From positions 19,284,001 through 19,344,000 of the forward strand of contig CM119372.1 in the NCBI GenBank assembly GCA_051294905.1: a stretch of DNA of 60,000 nt, given 5' to 3'. The stretch is from Botryllus schlosseri (Eukaryota). Positions 38,211 through 50,495 of this stretch are shown in pieces (the stretch's first letter is position 1; every line of letters begins with the position of its first letter). The position numbers and the translations under genes are program-made. The notes beneath the pieces are model-generated. The model worked only from the letters and a program-made list of their open reading frames with translations, had not been told where the DNA came from and made no database searches.

Positions 38211-40250
38211 CAGAGTTGGATCAATTGTAATTTTTAATTGAGCTGAATGTAATGAATTACATTTTTTCATGTAATTGTAATTGTATTTGTAATTGAAGCA
38301 TTTCTATTTTGTGTAATTGTAATTGTAATTTGATCAAAATTTTGCTCAATTACAATCTCAATTACATTTTCATGGAAACCTGACAATCACAACATAAAAT
38401 AATAATTTAATCAATCATTTATTCGTCGCACCAGTGAAAATCCGGTACGAACCAGGATGACGAGTCAGGGGGGCGTGTCTAAAAAAGTTAGAGAACCAGT
38501 GGGCTAAACTAAATCTTAATATTTCAAAAATGGATGAACAGTAAATACTATTCTGAAACCTCTGCTGAACCATTTCCTACTAGCGTTGGGACCCCGGGAA
38601 ATCCCGATCCCGGGATCCCGGGATTTGGAGCAATCCCGATCCCGGGATTAATCCCAATGGAATCCCGGGATTTGTAAACAGCATCTACCAAGGCTTACGT
38701 AGCGCCATATCTCTTACTTTGGTGATAAAGCAGTGTCACAAACTCGGCTGATTGTCTAAAACATAGTGGTCTCAAACACGCGGACCGCGAGAACATTTTT
38801 TGCAGCCTGCGTCGGCATTTTGAAATTTCAAGTATTCACCAATATTTAACTGGAAGTTTCTTATTTCGGATTTGAGAACTTAAAATTCACTCTAAAGTCA
38901 CTTCAAAAACCCGAATCGCTATCACGAAATTTTAGCGCGACAGCTTTTACGATGACGTGATGCAATTGTCGTCTCGTATGGTGTCTAACTATCTATAACT
39001 CATTACTTCGCCAAATTAGGCCATGCACAAAAATATTATTTAATTGAATATTTAAAAATATGACTTTTTCGTGACAAGCGTGAATATTACAATAGCGAAT
39101 CATATTTTCACAATGTGTATGGAATGCCAGTCTGCAAGGTCCATCTAATAAGGCTTACACCTGGAAATACATATTGTACCTCTATTTGATGCTGCGTCCC
39201 GCCGCGTCATCAGAAACTACGAAATTGTCCCGCGAGCCAGTTTGATCTTGAGACCCATGGTCGAGACGGTGATACTCTTGCTGCTCTTATGCTTTGGGTC
39301 AATATTACAAGGAATAAATGTTGTTTGTGTAGCTTGTATGTATATTTTACTACTTTTCTAATCCCGGGAAATCCCGGGATTGAGAAGCGAGAATCCCGGG
39401 AAATCCCGATCCCGGGATTTCAAATTTGATCCCGAAGTCCCAACCCTATTTCCTACACCACGGTCAAAGTTTTTTTTAATCTCTGACCAGTACCGAGGCT
39501 TGTTGCAACAATAGCAAAAAAAATTCAAGTTTCCAACCAAGGCTTCACCAAACTTGATCACGCATTTGTAGAGATGTTATCCCAATCTTACCTCCAATCT
39601 TGGCCAAATTTACCTGGGCCAGAAACTTTTCGCACCCTAATGTTCATCAAATGCAATCTAACAGCTTCCGAGCAAGTGAAAATGTAATTCTTAGTTATCA
39701 GGAGGTTCTTTCCTTTTGCATTTATTTTAAATTTACGCACCTTATCGGAGTCATCCTTATCGCTGACGCTTTACCAATTACATTTCATTATCTTGACCCA
39801 GCTCTGAGTAGCCTAATCATTTGATTACATTTTATTGACTGTCCTGTAGCCTATTTGCGGTTAGTCGCTCAAACCTTTGGCTCTTAACAGTCGCTTGAAA
39901 CATTTTTCTGTGCTTGTAGTTTTCATTACTCATGATTAGGAATAGTTCGAATACGTTCGAGTTTTTTTTTATAATTAAAGGGTATTCTACATATCAGGGA
40001 TGAAACATGGATAGGATAGCTTTAGATTGTTGCTAATTACGTCGCTACGGTTGTCAAAGAACACCTCTTTACTGAATCAATTACCTGTTTAAAAGTAATT
40101 GTAATTGTAATTATAATTGTAATTAATCACATGTTCAACAGTAATTGTAACTTGATATTTTTAGCATTGAGTAATTGTAATTTAATGTAATTGAAACATG
40201 CAAGGAAGTAATTGTAGTTGAATTAAAGTATTGTAATTGATCCAACTCTG
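38211..40250 (+). mobile_element. Sister copy (inverted) of the AATTAC-repeat hAT element, with further nested insertions
   Basis: TIR cagagttggatcaatt / aattgatccaactctg; perfect TSD atataaac; reverse-complement similarity to 10200-11798. Confidence 0.88.
38581..39448. mobile_element. hAT MITE with ATCCCGGGA subterminal repeats; contains another MITE (~38762-39259)
   Basis: tagcgttgggac / gtcccaacccta; perfect TSD tttcctac. Confidence 0.83.
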
Positions 40251-41589
40251 ATATAAACCATACGTATTTTTAAAAGGACTGCCCTTACGCTGACCGACAA
40301 TCCGACATCTTTGATATATATGTAGCCTACATATATGTTTAATTGTCCATGTCCTGTCCATAGGCGCCTATAAATGGCTGGCGCCAAATTTCCCTGTCCT
40401 GGCAATCTGAATCCCACAAGACAAATGACACCCTATGGGCGGCCCCGAGATCAACGTATTTTTGGGAGGGGGGCTGACGAAGTGCTGTTGCGGCCCGCTT
40501 CTATGTTTAGAACACTATATATTTTCAGTGGCGATTTATCAGTTGCAAATCCAGGGCCCCTTGGAGCCTTGGCAATGATACGGATAATCCGTTGTTGTAG
40601 TTTTTGAAGTGGACCAATCGTATTCTTACAGGCAGCAAGCACTTCAGCAAAGAATTACATATTATAACTTTGATTGGAACGAAGAGTAGCCTATATCAAC
40701 AGAATCCAGATCGGCAGCGACGGAGTGACTAAAACGGCGTAACTGGTGGATGTCTGATCTTAATGGCTACTCCAAGTTGTTTCGACACCTTCCTATCTTT
40801 TCATTGTATCGCAGTCTTGTGATGTTTTGAAACGATGGAAATATTAATAGACCTGATTGACTGCTGGCAACATATAAGCCTATCTTCGATAATTGTGGTC
40901 TTCTAGCGATTGCCCCTCGCGACGCTGCAAACAGGGAGCTGATGGTCATCATTTCTACTCAAGTAAAACAAATAGTGCGTAAAACAAATAGTAAGTAAAA
41001 CAAATAGTGAGTAATACCATAAATTTCGTCTGCAGTCATCCAGTGTTTGAGATCTAAAAAAGAGGACATAGCCTACTTTTCAAAAACTTGAGTACTGGAA
41101 AATAAAACTAGTGATTTTGAAAAATTTTCGACAAATAGTAGGCTACTGTGTCAATTTAAAAAAGGTAATATTTCCAATCTCTGCTCCCAAAATAGCCTAT
41201 ATCTATCGCTCCGTGTTTTTCGTTGATTGTCTTGCCAACTCTGGCGTTCGCTGCATCGGAGTCCAGTTTATTGTGCTCATGCATTTTAACACTTTTTCGA
41301 GAAAAAGAGGACAAATTCCCAAAAAAGAGGATATTTAGGCGTCCTCCGACTCCGAGGAAGCCTCCAATGTTACTAAAAAAGAGGACAAATGGTAGCCCAA
41401 AGCAGCCTAGAATACCGAATTTCCAAGTCGCGCCGAAATTACAGCAACCAGTCATCATTTCCACTCAAGTGCAAATAGAAATAATGTCATAATTTATGCT
41501 CCAGTACTATAGTACTGAATTTACAAGTAACACTTAAAGTAGATCAATAAGTAGTAAAATACGACATGTCTGAAGAGTAGCCTATAGGC

Positions 41590-43465
41590 CAGTGGTTCTC
41601 AACGGCCGGTCCGCGGACCGGTGCCGGTCCGCGACGACCTTCCTGCCGGTCCGCCAGGTATATTTCAATTTTATACCTTGATTTCAAGATGCGACAAGTA
41701 CGAGCTGACTCGCTAAACCGCGCAGTTTGCACGATCATTCGTTTTCGATTTATTCATTTCGTGCAGAACCGTAACTACCGCACCCAAACCCCGTATATTT
41801 ATGGGGGCCCAAAGTGATTTCGTGAATGAACATAAATTATAGAGCATTTCTTTGAAACTTCATCCAATTTTTAAAAATCTCGCGCTTTTCCCGATTTAGT
41901 GTCACTAAATGCTTTGATATTGGGTGCCCTTCCCCCAAGAAATACGCATGATTTATGGGAATAGGCATTCCGGCGTCAGTCATTGCCGCGCTGCGACGCA
42001 CCAACACATGATGAAGTTTAGGCGAACAAAGGACTCCGAAAAGTGCGTCAAAGATTTGGCAGAGAGAACACCTTGGCCGAATAGGACTGCCCTTTGTTGA
42101 CCGAAAATTTCGATATATATGTGTCATATTGTCCATAGGCACCTAAATGGCTGAAGCAGAAATTCGCTGTCCTGACAATCCGTACCCCACAAGACAAATA
42201 CCATCTCACAGAGAACAGTTATTTTCCAGTGAAGAAATACTAATTTGGAATGTTGTGCGTATTCTAGTTTAGTGCGCTTGGGCGATAACAGACAGTAGGC
42301 TACGTCACGAAACAATGACATACAACGAAGTAATTATTCCAACACGCCCGCCGAATATGTTTAATATTGATGACGTTGCCTAAATTTTCCAAGACAACAC
42401 CTCACTCAGCTCTACCGGAAAATCTGATAATTCTGGGTGGATAAAAAAATTAGAGCAATATACGCAATCAATAATATTATTGACCGATTCGGTCATGAAT
42501 TATAAAAAATTTCCGCGCTTCGCGCGATTAAGCTACATATGCTCTCTGTATACACCAGTGGTCCCCAACGTGGGAGATATCGCCCCCCAGGTGGCGATTT
42601 GGCGGGGGGCGAAAATGACGTAGGTGGCGATAAGGGGGCGAAAATGGACAAAGGGGCGAAAATAGCGGAGGGGGCGATAGGGGTGCGATGACGCGTTAAA
42701 ACGGCTATATTGGAGTCAAATCGGAGAACTTTTTTATTTTTTATTTAGTCAACCCACGAAAATTTAGTTGCAAAAGTGTAAAATTCGACATCTAGCCGAA
42801 AAGTTGACCTTTTTTTAGTCAACCCGCCGGTGATTACAGTTTTTGAATGGATGTGTTCACGAGTAGGCCTACTGATGAAAAAATCGATCTAACTGTAGGA
42901 AGAATAAGACCAACGTTTTTTGGGGGGTTGTCTGACGAAGTGGTTTTGCAGCCCCGGTTTTGTGGATGGCCGGATATAGCTGTGGCCAGGTGATTTCGTG
43001 CGGCGCATTGTATCTGTAGTAGCAAGAGTAGCCTACGTCTGGTGTTGTGGGCAATGAGCATTGTGCAAGGTAGCACGAGAAGGTGCTTGGTTCGACTCCG
43101 AAACACTTCTTCTCTCGATATTGTCGAAGAGAGAATATAATTCCAGTTGGCGTGGTCGGTTACATCCATGGCCTACGGCGCGAAAGACTGTAAACGACTC
43201 TCGGCGGTAGCACGTGTATCTGGGCACGGCAATTTTACTTCGACTCAGCAGACTCATTACCGTAAAATCACATGCATTCCATCATGAACATCATTAATTT
43301 CGATCAAACCCCTCAGAATGTCACTCTCCAGCACCATATACTTGCAAAAAAACGGCAGCATATTTAAACTTTTCGGTTGATTTCAATTTTTGATAGTCCA
43401 CCGGTCCGTCAAGTATCTTTCGGAATTTTACCGGTCCGCGAGGTGAAAAAGGTTGAGAACCACTG
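41590..43465. mobile_element. hAT (Charlie/Buster-type) non-autonomous element
   Basis: TIR cagtggttctcaac / gttgagaaccactg; perfect TSD ctataggc; inverted relative of 29794-31046. Confidence 0.88.
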
Positions 43466-46447
43466 CTATAGGCTACTCAAGTGGTTTGGAGGAGTTTGGA
43501 AGAGGCGTCAAGCGCATACATTTGTTTGGCAATCGCCGACGACAGTATATAAAATTACAGTGTGCAGTTTCGTGACTAATGCAAACAGTGATTGATAGGC
43601 GCGTTTCTGGAAGTCCAAACACTCCAATTCTACTCTCCACAAAATACTGTTTGAATATGAACACCGAATCTGATTTTCACCTCCATTGCGCCCCTTAGCG
43701 TTACCATCGTCACTCAGCGGTACAGAACCTGCTATGGCACTTAAGTACCATTACAGCCGGACACAACGATTCTAGAGTTAACCTTAGGAGTCTCGTAAGT
43801 CGTAATTACGGCCTGACCTTGAAAGCGGTAACAGCAACTGGATTCAGGCACATTTATTATTTTTGTATTATTGGCACTTTTCAAATTCTTCTTGTACGGC
43901 ATCTACGTGACACTGAAGATAGAGGTGTGCCAACAAAAAAAAAGCCCTGACGACACAGAAACTGTCCGCCTCCACGGCGGTCACGCAGACGCATTGTAAT
44001 CCATGAAAAACTCGATTGAAGTACCGTCCTAAACGAACCAATATCGCAAACAGTGCGTAACGTAACTGGCAATTGTCACGTTTACCGAACAGATACAAAA
44101 CACCCATCACTTGTAGCACGCGAAAAGAATAAGCAAGTAAAATAGCGCAATAGAATCATCAATCATGCATTCCTCTTGGCGATGTCTTCTTGGATTTTCC
44201 ATTCCAGGGTTCCCACTAACTCCCTCGGGATTTTTGCGGCCGCGGCCAAGTTCTTTGCCAGCCGATTTGGCTTATCGAACTCGTGCACTTCAACTTTATG
44301 CACACAGCCGGCGTTATCGGTGTATTCTAACATGTAGAGTAATCTTCCACGACCCATGCCAGGGCTTGAGGTCCAGGTATCGTTGCGAACACGGCTGTCA
44401 GCTTCGTCGTTTTTTACGCTGTAGACCTGTGACCGTAAGTCCGTAACAGATTAAATATGCCACACTACTTTGAAGCGGTAATAGTCATGATCATCATAAT
44501 CAGCAATTATATTATTGCCATCCGATTAAGAAGCACAATATACAGCGCAGTGCGATAAACATGTAGGACGGTGTCGAAAAGAGCATGTATACTCTAATAA
44601 CATAATAACCACTTTGATCCGACATCTCTGCTGCCTGCATAAGTTTTTAGTACGGTGTTCCTTGCCGTACCCGCATACTCTTATACTAATTAGGATGGCG
44701 CAGAGCTGGGGAATCGCAAAATTTGATTTGAGATGGTCACGAGACAGGGTTTGAGCCGCAACTGTAACCGCAGAAAGTCGCTGATTTAGTTATTGAACAA
44801 TCCGGCGTCAAGTCGCAGCGAAATTCTCCCGACGGCCGACACCCAATTGGTAAGAAATACGTCAAGTAGAGCTTCGGTGGTGCGGTAGGCGTAGCCAAAC
44901 TTGCTCCCAAGTCAACGGCATGAAACTTGATGTTACAAGCTTTTGCAGGCCGCACCATCACTCGAAATATCAATATTCCGGACAAGCGTTGTGCTTGGGG
45001 TGCGCAGACTAGATGACCTCACGGCCGTATCGCAACTCCGTCGTCAAAGCATCTCGATGGTGTAGGCGAAAAAGAATATCATATCTCTCTACGCGGAGGA
45101 GGAGAGTTTCGTTTCGCATCCAGTTCCCACTCTTGGAAGATTCGAAATCGTGACCACGACTCTACAGAACTGGGATTCACGGCAAAGACAGCAATAAAAC
45201 AGGAAATCCCGACTAAAACTCTGGAACTTCAGCAATCGTGTCAACGAATTGACTCTTATCCCAGACTTTACATCGAATTTTACGACTGCGACCCGGAATC
45301 CCAACAGGCCAAAACACATCGACTCTTTAGCCCTAGTGTAACTAATGAAATTAGATCTGGCGCTAGCCTTCACGTCGTTTTTTAACCGACCAAGAACTGG
45401 GGCAGTGTGTTCTAAATATGGTGTGGTTTCAAATTGGAGTACCGTAGAAAAGTATGAACAAAATTTTGGAAACTGGCTTCAACACCAAAGTCACCACTCA
45501 TCTGATCAGCAGAAAGTTTTTATAATTTGCAATATGTCACACGAGCCATACCGCCATAAATGGATCTACAGCAATATTTCAGATGAGGTTCTAAGTCGTT
45601 CGTGCGCATTGCGCAAGGAGATAGTGGACAAGCCGTCAGTTTTGCTTCGATATCAAAGAAAATGTGTAGGCTATATAATAATGATGGAAACTGTTTGGAT
45701 ATGATGGACCAATATTTTCAAGTCATTCCCCTACTCATATAGCCTTAAGTTTCAAAAATTAATTGTGCAGTATATTGAGCAATGATTGCAATCCTTTAGC
45801 GTCAGTTCACTTCAGTACGTTACCCGCCTATCCGGATGTTTGGCAGGATCTTGCTTTCTTGTTCTAGGATTTGTCACCTTGGTTCTCAATTCCTTGTCGT
45901 ATTCATCCCTTAAAAACAACAGAAATGCAAATCAAATCTTGTGAACAATCGTGCGTACGGCTTTCACTGGACGAATCCTGCATAGGCAGCAAGGCAGAAA
46001 AAGTGGTGCTCGCATCCAATTCGAGATATCGGGTATAGAGGAATGGTTTCCACACACTTGAGTTCATCGAGTCTCCAAACTCCATGAGTCCAAGTAATAT
46101 GGTGACTTGACTTTAGCATAAATACCCAGATTACCTACCTTTTATACTGATTTCTTCTGATGTGGTGAAGGAAGCCATGTTTCATATCAAGTCCAGGATT
46201 ATTTTTGTCCATACTTCTCTTCGCGAAAACCCCACACTCTACTTGACGTTAGTACCGCAGAACCACAGGGTAGCATTATCTAAATTCCTGTAAAAATAGT
46301 TAATTCCGAATGGAAGAATAGTTGAAATATCATAAAAAAGTACTACAATTCATTTAAAATTTGTGCATTGAGCTATGGTACAGACAAGCAAGCGACAACA
46401 AAGAATTGTAATTAGATGTATAAACGAGTTCAATATAACTTTGGAGC

Positions 46448-47243
46448 CAGGGGTGGCCAATCTTTTTGCTATTCAGGGCCTCATGTATCCTGAGGCCGCA
46501 TTCCAAGGCATAGTCGTAATGGACTAACTGAACATCAAATACCCATGTTAAACTGACCACTGTCCATTTTCGGTGAACGACGGACTACTCTATTTATTCA
46601 TATTGGCATACACACCAAAATCGCATCATATGAATTATTCCGGGATTCGTTGTGGTCACGTGACCCGCAAAATCTTTTTCAGATTCACTAAAGAATTTTG
46701 TCATTAATATTATTAGTTTTACATATTGCTATTCTTTCTTAGCCCATATGATCAGATTCACCTGTGGAGTTGATAGATGGGGTGTTTTTGAAAATTAAGG
46801 GCTAGCTTTACATGATGATGGATATTTCAGGGAGCCAATTGTTTTTAGTCACTTTGCTGCATGCTGTTATTTCTTGACCTCCCATCAGGATTGTCGTTGT
46901 CGGTATAGTGGAAAGATATTGGAATCGCCCAAACGTACCAGAAACAAATTTATTTCGTGAGGAGCACACGATTTCAAGTTGGTAATTCTACATGGGGGCA
47001 TCATTGTCCTCTGCTGTTCACATCTGTACTGCGGGGCTCAGATCGCTAAAGGCACTACTATATTAAAATAGAAAAATAAAGATGCATTGAATCATGCGTG
47101 GCGCGAAGAAAGTTACAAGATTAATTAAAATCTCTCAAAAATTCAGTAGTCAATTCGTAAATACAATTTGCATCTTGACGGTCGCCAACACATACTAATT
47201 GAATTACGAATTTCCTTCTACGGTTGCAGGTTGGCCACCCCTG
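46448..47243. mobile_element. Possible hAT MITE
   Basis: TIR pair caggggtggccaa / ttggccacccctg, but no matching TSD seen. Confidence 0.5.
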
Positions 47244-47600
47244 GTCAAGATGAATTTACCTGTCTGGATTGGTGCTATACAAAAAGCTACCATGTACTGG
47301 TGGTAGAACATATCAAAGACTATCCATATATAAATGAAAAATTTCGATATCCTAATATCATAGTCCGGTGGTAATATTTTTTTATACCCAAGTGAAGTTG
47401 AATGGACTGCAAGGCAAAATCAAGTTACTCATTCACCAATCACCATAGACTACCAACAGAACTATACCAACACAGATGCCAGTCTCACTGTTTATGTTCA
47501 TTTTGAAATCAAAAATTTAATTGAGCCAGCAGCAGTTACTCAAATCAGCAACGCATCAGATCAGAAATTTCTTGAAGACTGGTTGCAGTCTACTAAGGAT

Positions 47601-49460
47601 TCACCCAAAAAGATTGTTAAAATTACCAGGTGTTCTCAAGAACTCTTCAATATCGTTTTGCTCCTGGTCATAGACCGGCGCAATTTTAGCATCAAACGGA
47701 TCTATACTATCCTTGGTATCAAAGGCTAGCTTTTTCCACCATTGCGAAGTAAAATCCTTCATTGCTCTGTAATGTTCCCTTTCAGCGGCGACGGCAACTG
47801 CGTTTGATGCCGACGACAGATTGTCAACATCGACCTTGGTAGCCGTTGATAAATCGGGAAGATTAGATAACACCTCTTCCTCAATATGAATTTTCGTGAG
47901 CAATGCATCCAGCTTGGGATCCCGGAATTGAATTCTTTCATTGCGATTGGAATGATACAAAAGTAGCCTTTGTTGCGTCAAATCGTGGATAGCCTGGGCC
48001 TCGGACAGTGGAACATCTTTTTTACGAGAGATCGTCTTTTTTTGTTCTATTTCGAATTGATAGTCTTCTCTCAGTTCCTTTGGCACCGTCGGGTACTTTA
48101 ACAACTGGTTAGGCTTTGAAGAACGCGCATTTCTTCGACGCTTCAAAAACTTTCTTATCCCTCTCTGTATAATGATTGCAGCGTTGACTTGTTTTTGAAA
48201 TAATTTCTCCTTTTCGTAACGTTTCTTCTGCGAGCAGCCTCTCCATATGGTTTGAATTTTGACAGCTGCCTTTTCCTCCTCTTTTTGAATGTGTCTGTTT
48301 ACACTCCTGGCCGGCACAATCTCGAGCATTTGCAACTGTTTTTCCCGTGCCAATCTCACTTGCCGCTTCCGATGCAATTCAGCCTCGTACCTTTGTTCAA
48401 ATCCCAATCTCTCTTTCAATGCGGCTTGCAGATTTTCTTGTCTTTTTCTCCGGAAAGAGCTCTGAAGAGACGGAATCACTTTGTGTAACTTTCCTACTCT
48501 TGCCCGTGTCTTCCAGCCTTGATAGGCAGCCCATATCACCTTCACGGCGCGTGTTCTTCTGGCGAGTTCAGCCAGTTTCAGATTGCCTGCATCCAAAATT
48601 TCCATAAGCGCTTTGAGGTTATAATCAAAGCCATGATCGAGCCATTTTGTCATCAACGCTTTTAGACCCTTGTATCTCATTGTCATTTTACCAGCTAGAT
48701 CAGGGTAAGCGTCGATCATCATCAGCAGGGTTTTCACAATGAGCCCGACGAGATCATCACTCTGAGAGGAGGTAATCTTGAAGATTAATTCATCCAGCAA
48801 ATGGTTCGCTGATGTCGAGCGAAGTTTTTCGACGCAGCTAGAATCAACTCTAACACATCTCTGAACGAGCTTCATAACAAGGACTTGTCGTTTTTCCATC
48901 TCTGCATTATCTTCAATGAGCAGTCGGATTAAGTTGTCGGATTCTAGCACAGTCCGAGCAAGGTAGCTTTGAGACGTCACAAGATTTACTAGAGAATCCA
49001 TAATCGATTGAAATTGACCGAGTCGAGATGCAATTGTCTCGGCATGCGTCCCATATCGTATTGATCCAAATTGCTTCCAGTTTTCAAAGTATTGCTCCAA
49101 AATAACAAATGCAAGATATAATATCGAGTTTACAGCATCGGGGAGAGTGAGATCTTTCACTTCCTCGTGTTTTTCAAGACTTATCGAATAACAGCACTGA
49201 CTTAGAATCTCCACAATACTGACTGCCGTGGCAAAGCCATTTTTCACCTTCGAGTGATCGTACTTCAGCACAATTGCACACCATGGAAGTAAGTCGTAAT
49301 CCAAGATTAACTCTTTGATGTCTTGTAGTTCTTGAGGAGTTTGTTGACTGCGGTGTAAGATATATTTCAATCTTACAAGAAGGGCTGGAATTTCATTGTC
49401 GTTTGCTTCCGATACGACACTCGCAAGCTTAATGACTTCTTCATGTTCGGAATTAGCCAT
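47601..49460 (-). CDS. IQCB1: IQ calmodulin-binding motif-containing protein 1 (nephrocystin-5), single coding exon, ~619 aa
   Basis: Recognisable similarity to vertebrate IQCB1 along its length (YDLLPWC, ILSQCC, LDELIFK, YKGLK, REKQLQMLEIV, QWWKKL) and IQ motifs IWAAYQGWKTR, IQTIWRG, IQRGIRKF. First ATG is at 49458-49460; the ORF track starts at an upstream GTG. Confidence 0.92.
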   Translation of the reverse strand: MANSEHEEVIKLASVVSEANDNEIPALLVRLKYILHRSQQTPQELQDIKELILDYDLLPWCAIVLKYDHSKVKNGFATAVSIVEILSQCCYSISLEKHEEVKDLTLPDAVNSILYLAFVILEQYFENWKQFGSIRYGTHAETIASRLGQFQSIMDSLVNLVTSQSYLARTVLESDNLIRLLIEDNAEMEKRQVLVMKLVQRCVRVDSSCVEKLRSTSANHLLDELIFKITSSQSDDLVGLIVKTLLMMIDAYPDLAGKMTMRYKGLKALMTKWLDHGFDYNLKALMEILDAGNLKLAELARRTRAVKVIWAAYQGWKTRARVGKLHKVIPSLQSSFRRKRQENLQAALKERLGFEQRYEAELHRKRQVRLAREKQLQMLEIVPARSVNRHIQKEEEKAAVKIQTIWRGCSQKKRYEKEKLFQKQVNAAIIIQRGIRKFLKRRRNARSSKPNQLLKYPTVPKELREDYQFEIEQKKTISRKKDVPLSEAQAIHDLTQQRLLLYHSNRNERIQFRDPKLDALLTKIHIEEEVLSNLPDLSTATKVDVDNLSSASNAVAVAAEREHYRAMKDFTSQWWKKLAFDTKDSIDPFDAKIAPVYDQEQNDIEEFLRTPGNFNNLFG

Positions 49461-49865
49461 TTTCAAGATTGAACCCAACACCTCTTTGGCACAAGGGGTC
49501 GGGCTGATATTTTTTTATCGAAAAATTATGCAGGCACAATAAAAATAGCATAAAACTGGCAGCAGTGAGAGAAACCGAGCAGTTTTACCGAACCGACCGC
49601 TTGCACTAAAACCAACGCTCAAATTACCACTGTGATGCTAATAGCACATCCGCAGAAATATGATGACCGGGTGAATCATTGTGAATGTACGGGAATAGCA
49701 TGATTTTTTTCAGTCTATAAAATTTAGAAATACCTATGATATGTGTTGCCAGATTTCAAAATTCTCAAAAAACCGATTGCCAGCTCTGATGTCAGTACTG
49801 ACCCAGGTATTATGCAAAACAAGCAGAGACGATGAGTGCCTCCTTAATGTTAGATCAACCACAGC

Positions 49866-50053
49866 CTACAAAAGTGTGTTTTCAGATTTTGTGAGGCTTG
49901 CCCGACTATTTTTACTTGGTGCTACACTGATTGACATGGTAGCTGTTAACCAACCTGGACTGTCAACTGCCTTCATATGTGCTGTGACTTCCACAGACGC
50001 ACCCCACGAGTCTTTGTCACTAGCTTCTTCGAGTTTTTCCCCGTAATTGATTC
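49866..50053 (-). CDS. Possible terminal coding exon of an unidentified upstream gene
   Basis: Acceptor ctcctaatcacag| followed by 61 open codons (INYGEKLEEASDKDSWGASVEVTAH...SENTLL*); no family recognised. Confidence 0.3.
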
Positions 50054-50495
50054 CTGTGATTAGGAGAATAGGTACGTTTCAGTAAAGGGAAGCCATATTT
50101 CCGTGCACTTGTGGCATAACCATTTGTCACCAATACCGTACGTACATACGCATGCTACAAACACCAATTTTCGAACTATACCGTCAGTTTACTATAGGGT
50201 GAGGTGTCCGCACGCTTATTTTGAATGGACAATTTTCAGTTAATACCAAATCGGAAGGATTTTCACATGTTTCTTGCAGTAGGTTACAGGTACTGAGATT
50301 TTCAGAAGCTAAAGGCTCAATGATACAATTGCACAGCACCAGAGGTCTCACAGAAAAGCCGCTTTGCTGATTTAGAGATTTTACAGGAGCCAGCTACACA
50401 AATTATTTCAAATACTTATAAAAAGTCTCGGCTACTAATTGTTCCTGCTAATTTTCATCCCGCAATTGCCATACCCCATTTTGATTTTGACATCA

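Noticed and set aside
45345..47060. Short ORFs, including a DFAG word suggesting a Roc GTPase
   Set aside because: No supporting P-loop or coherent exon chain; frames are full of stops.
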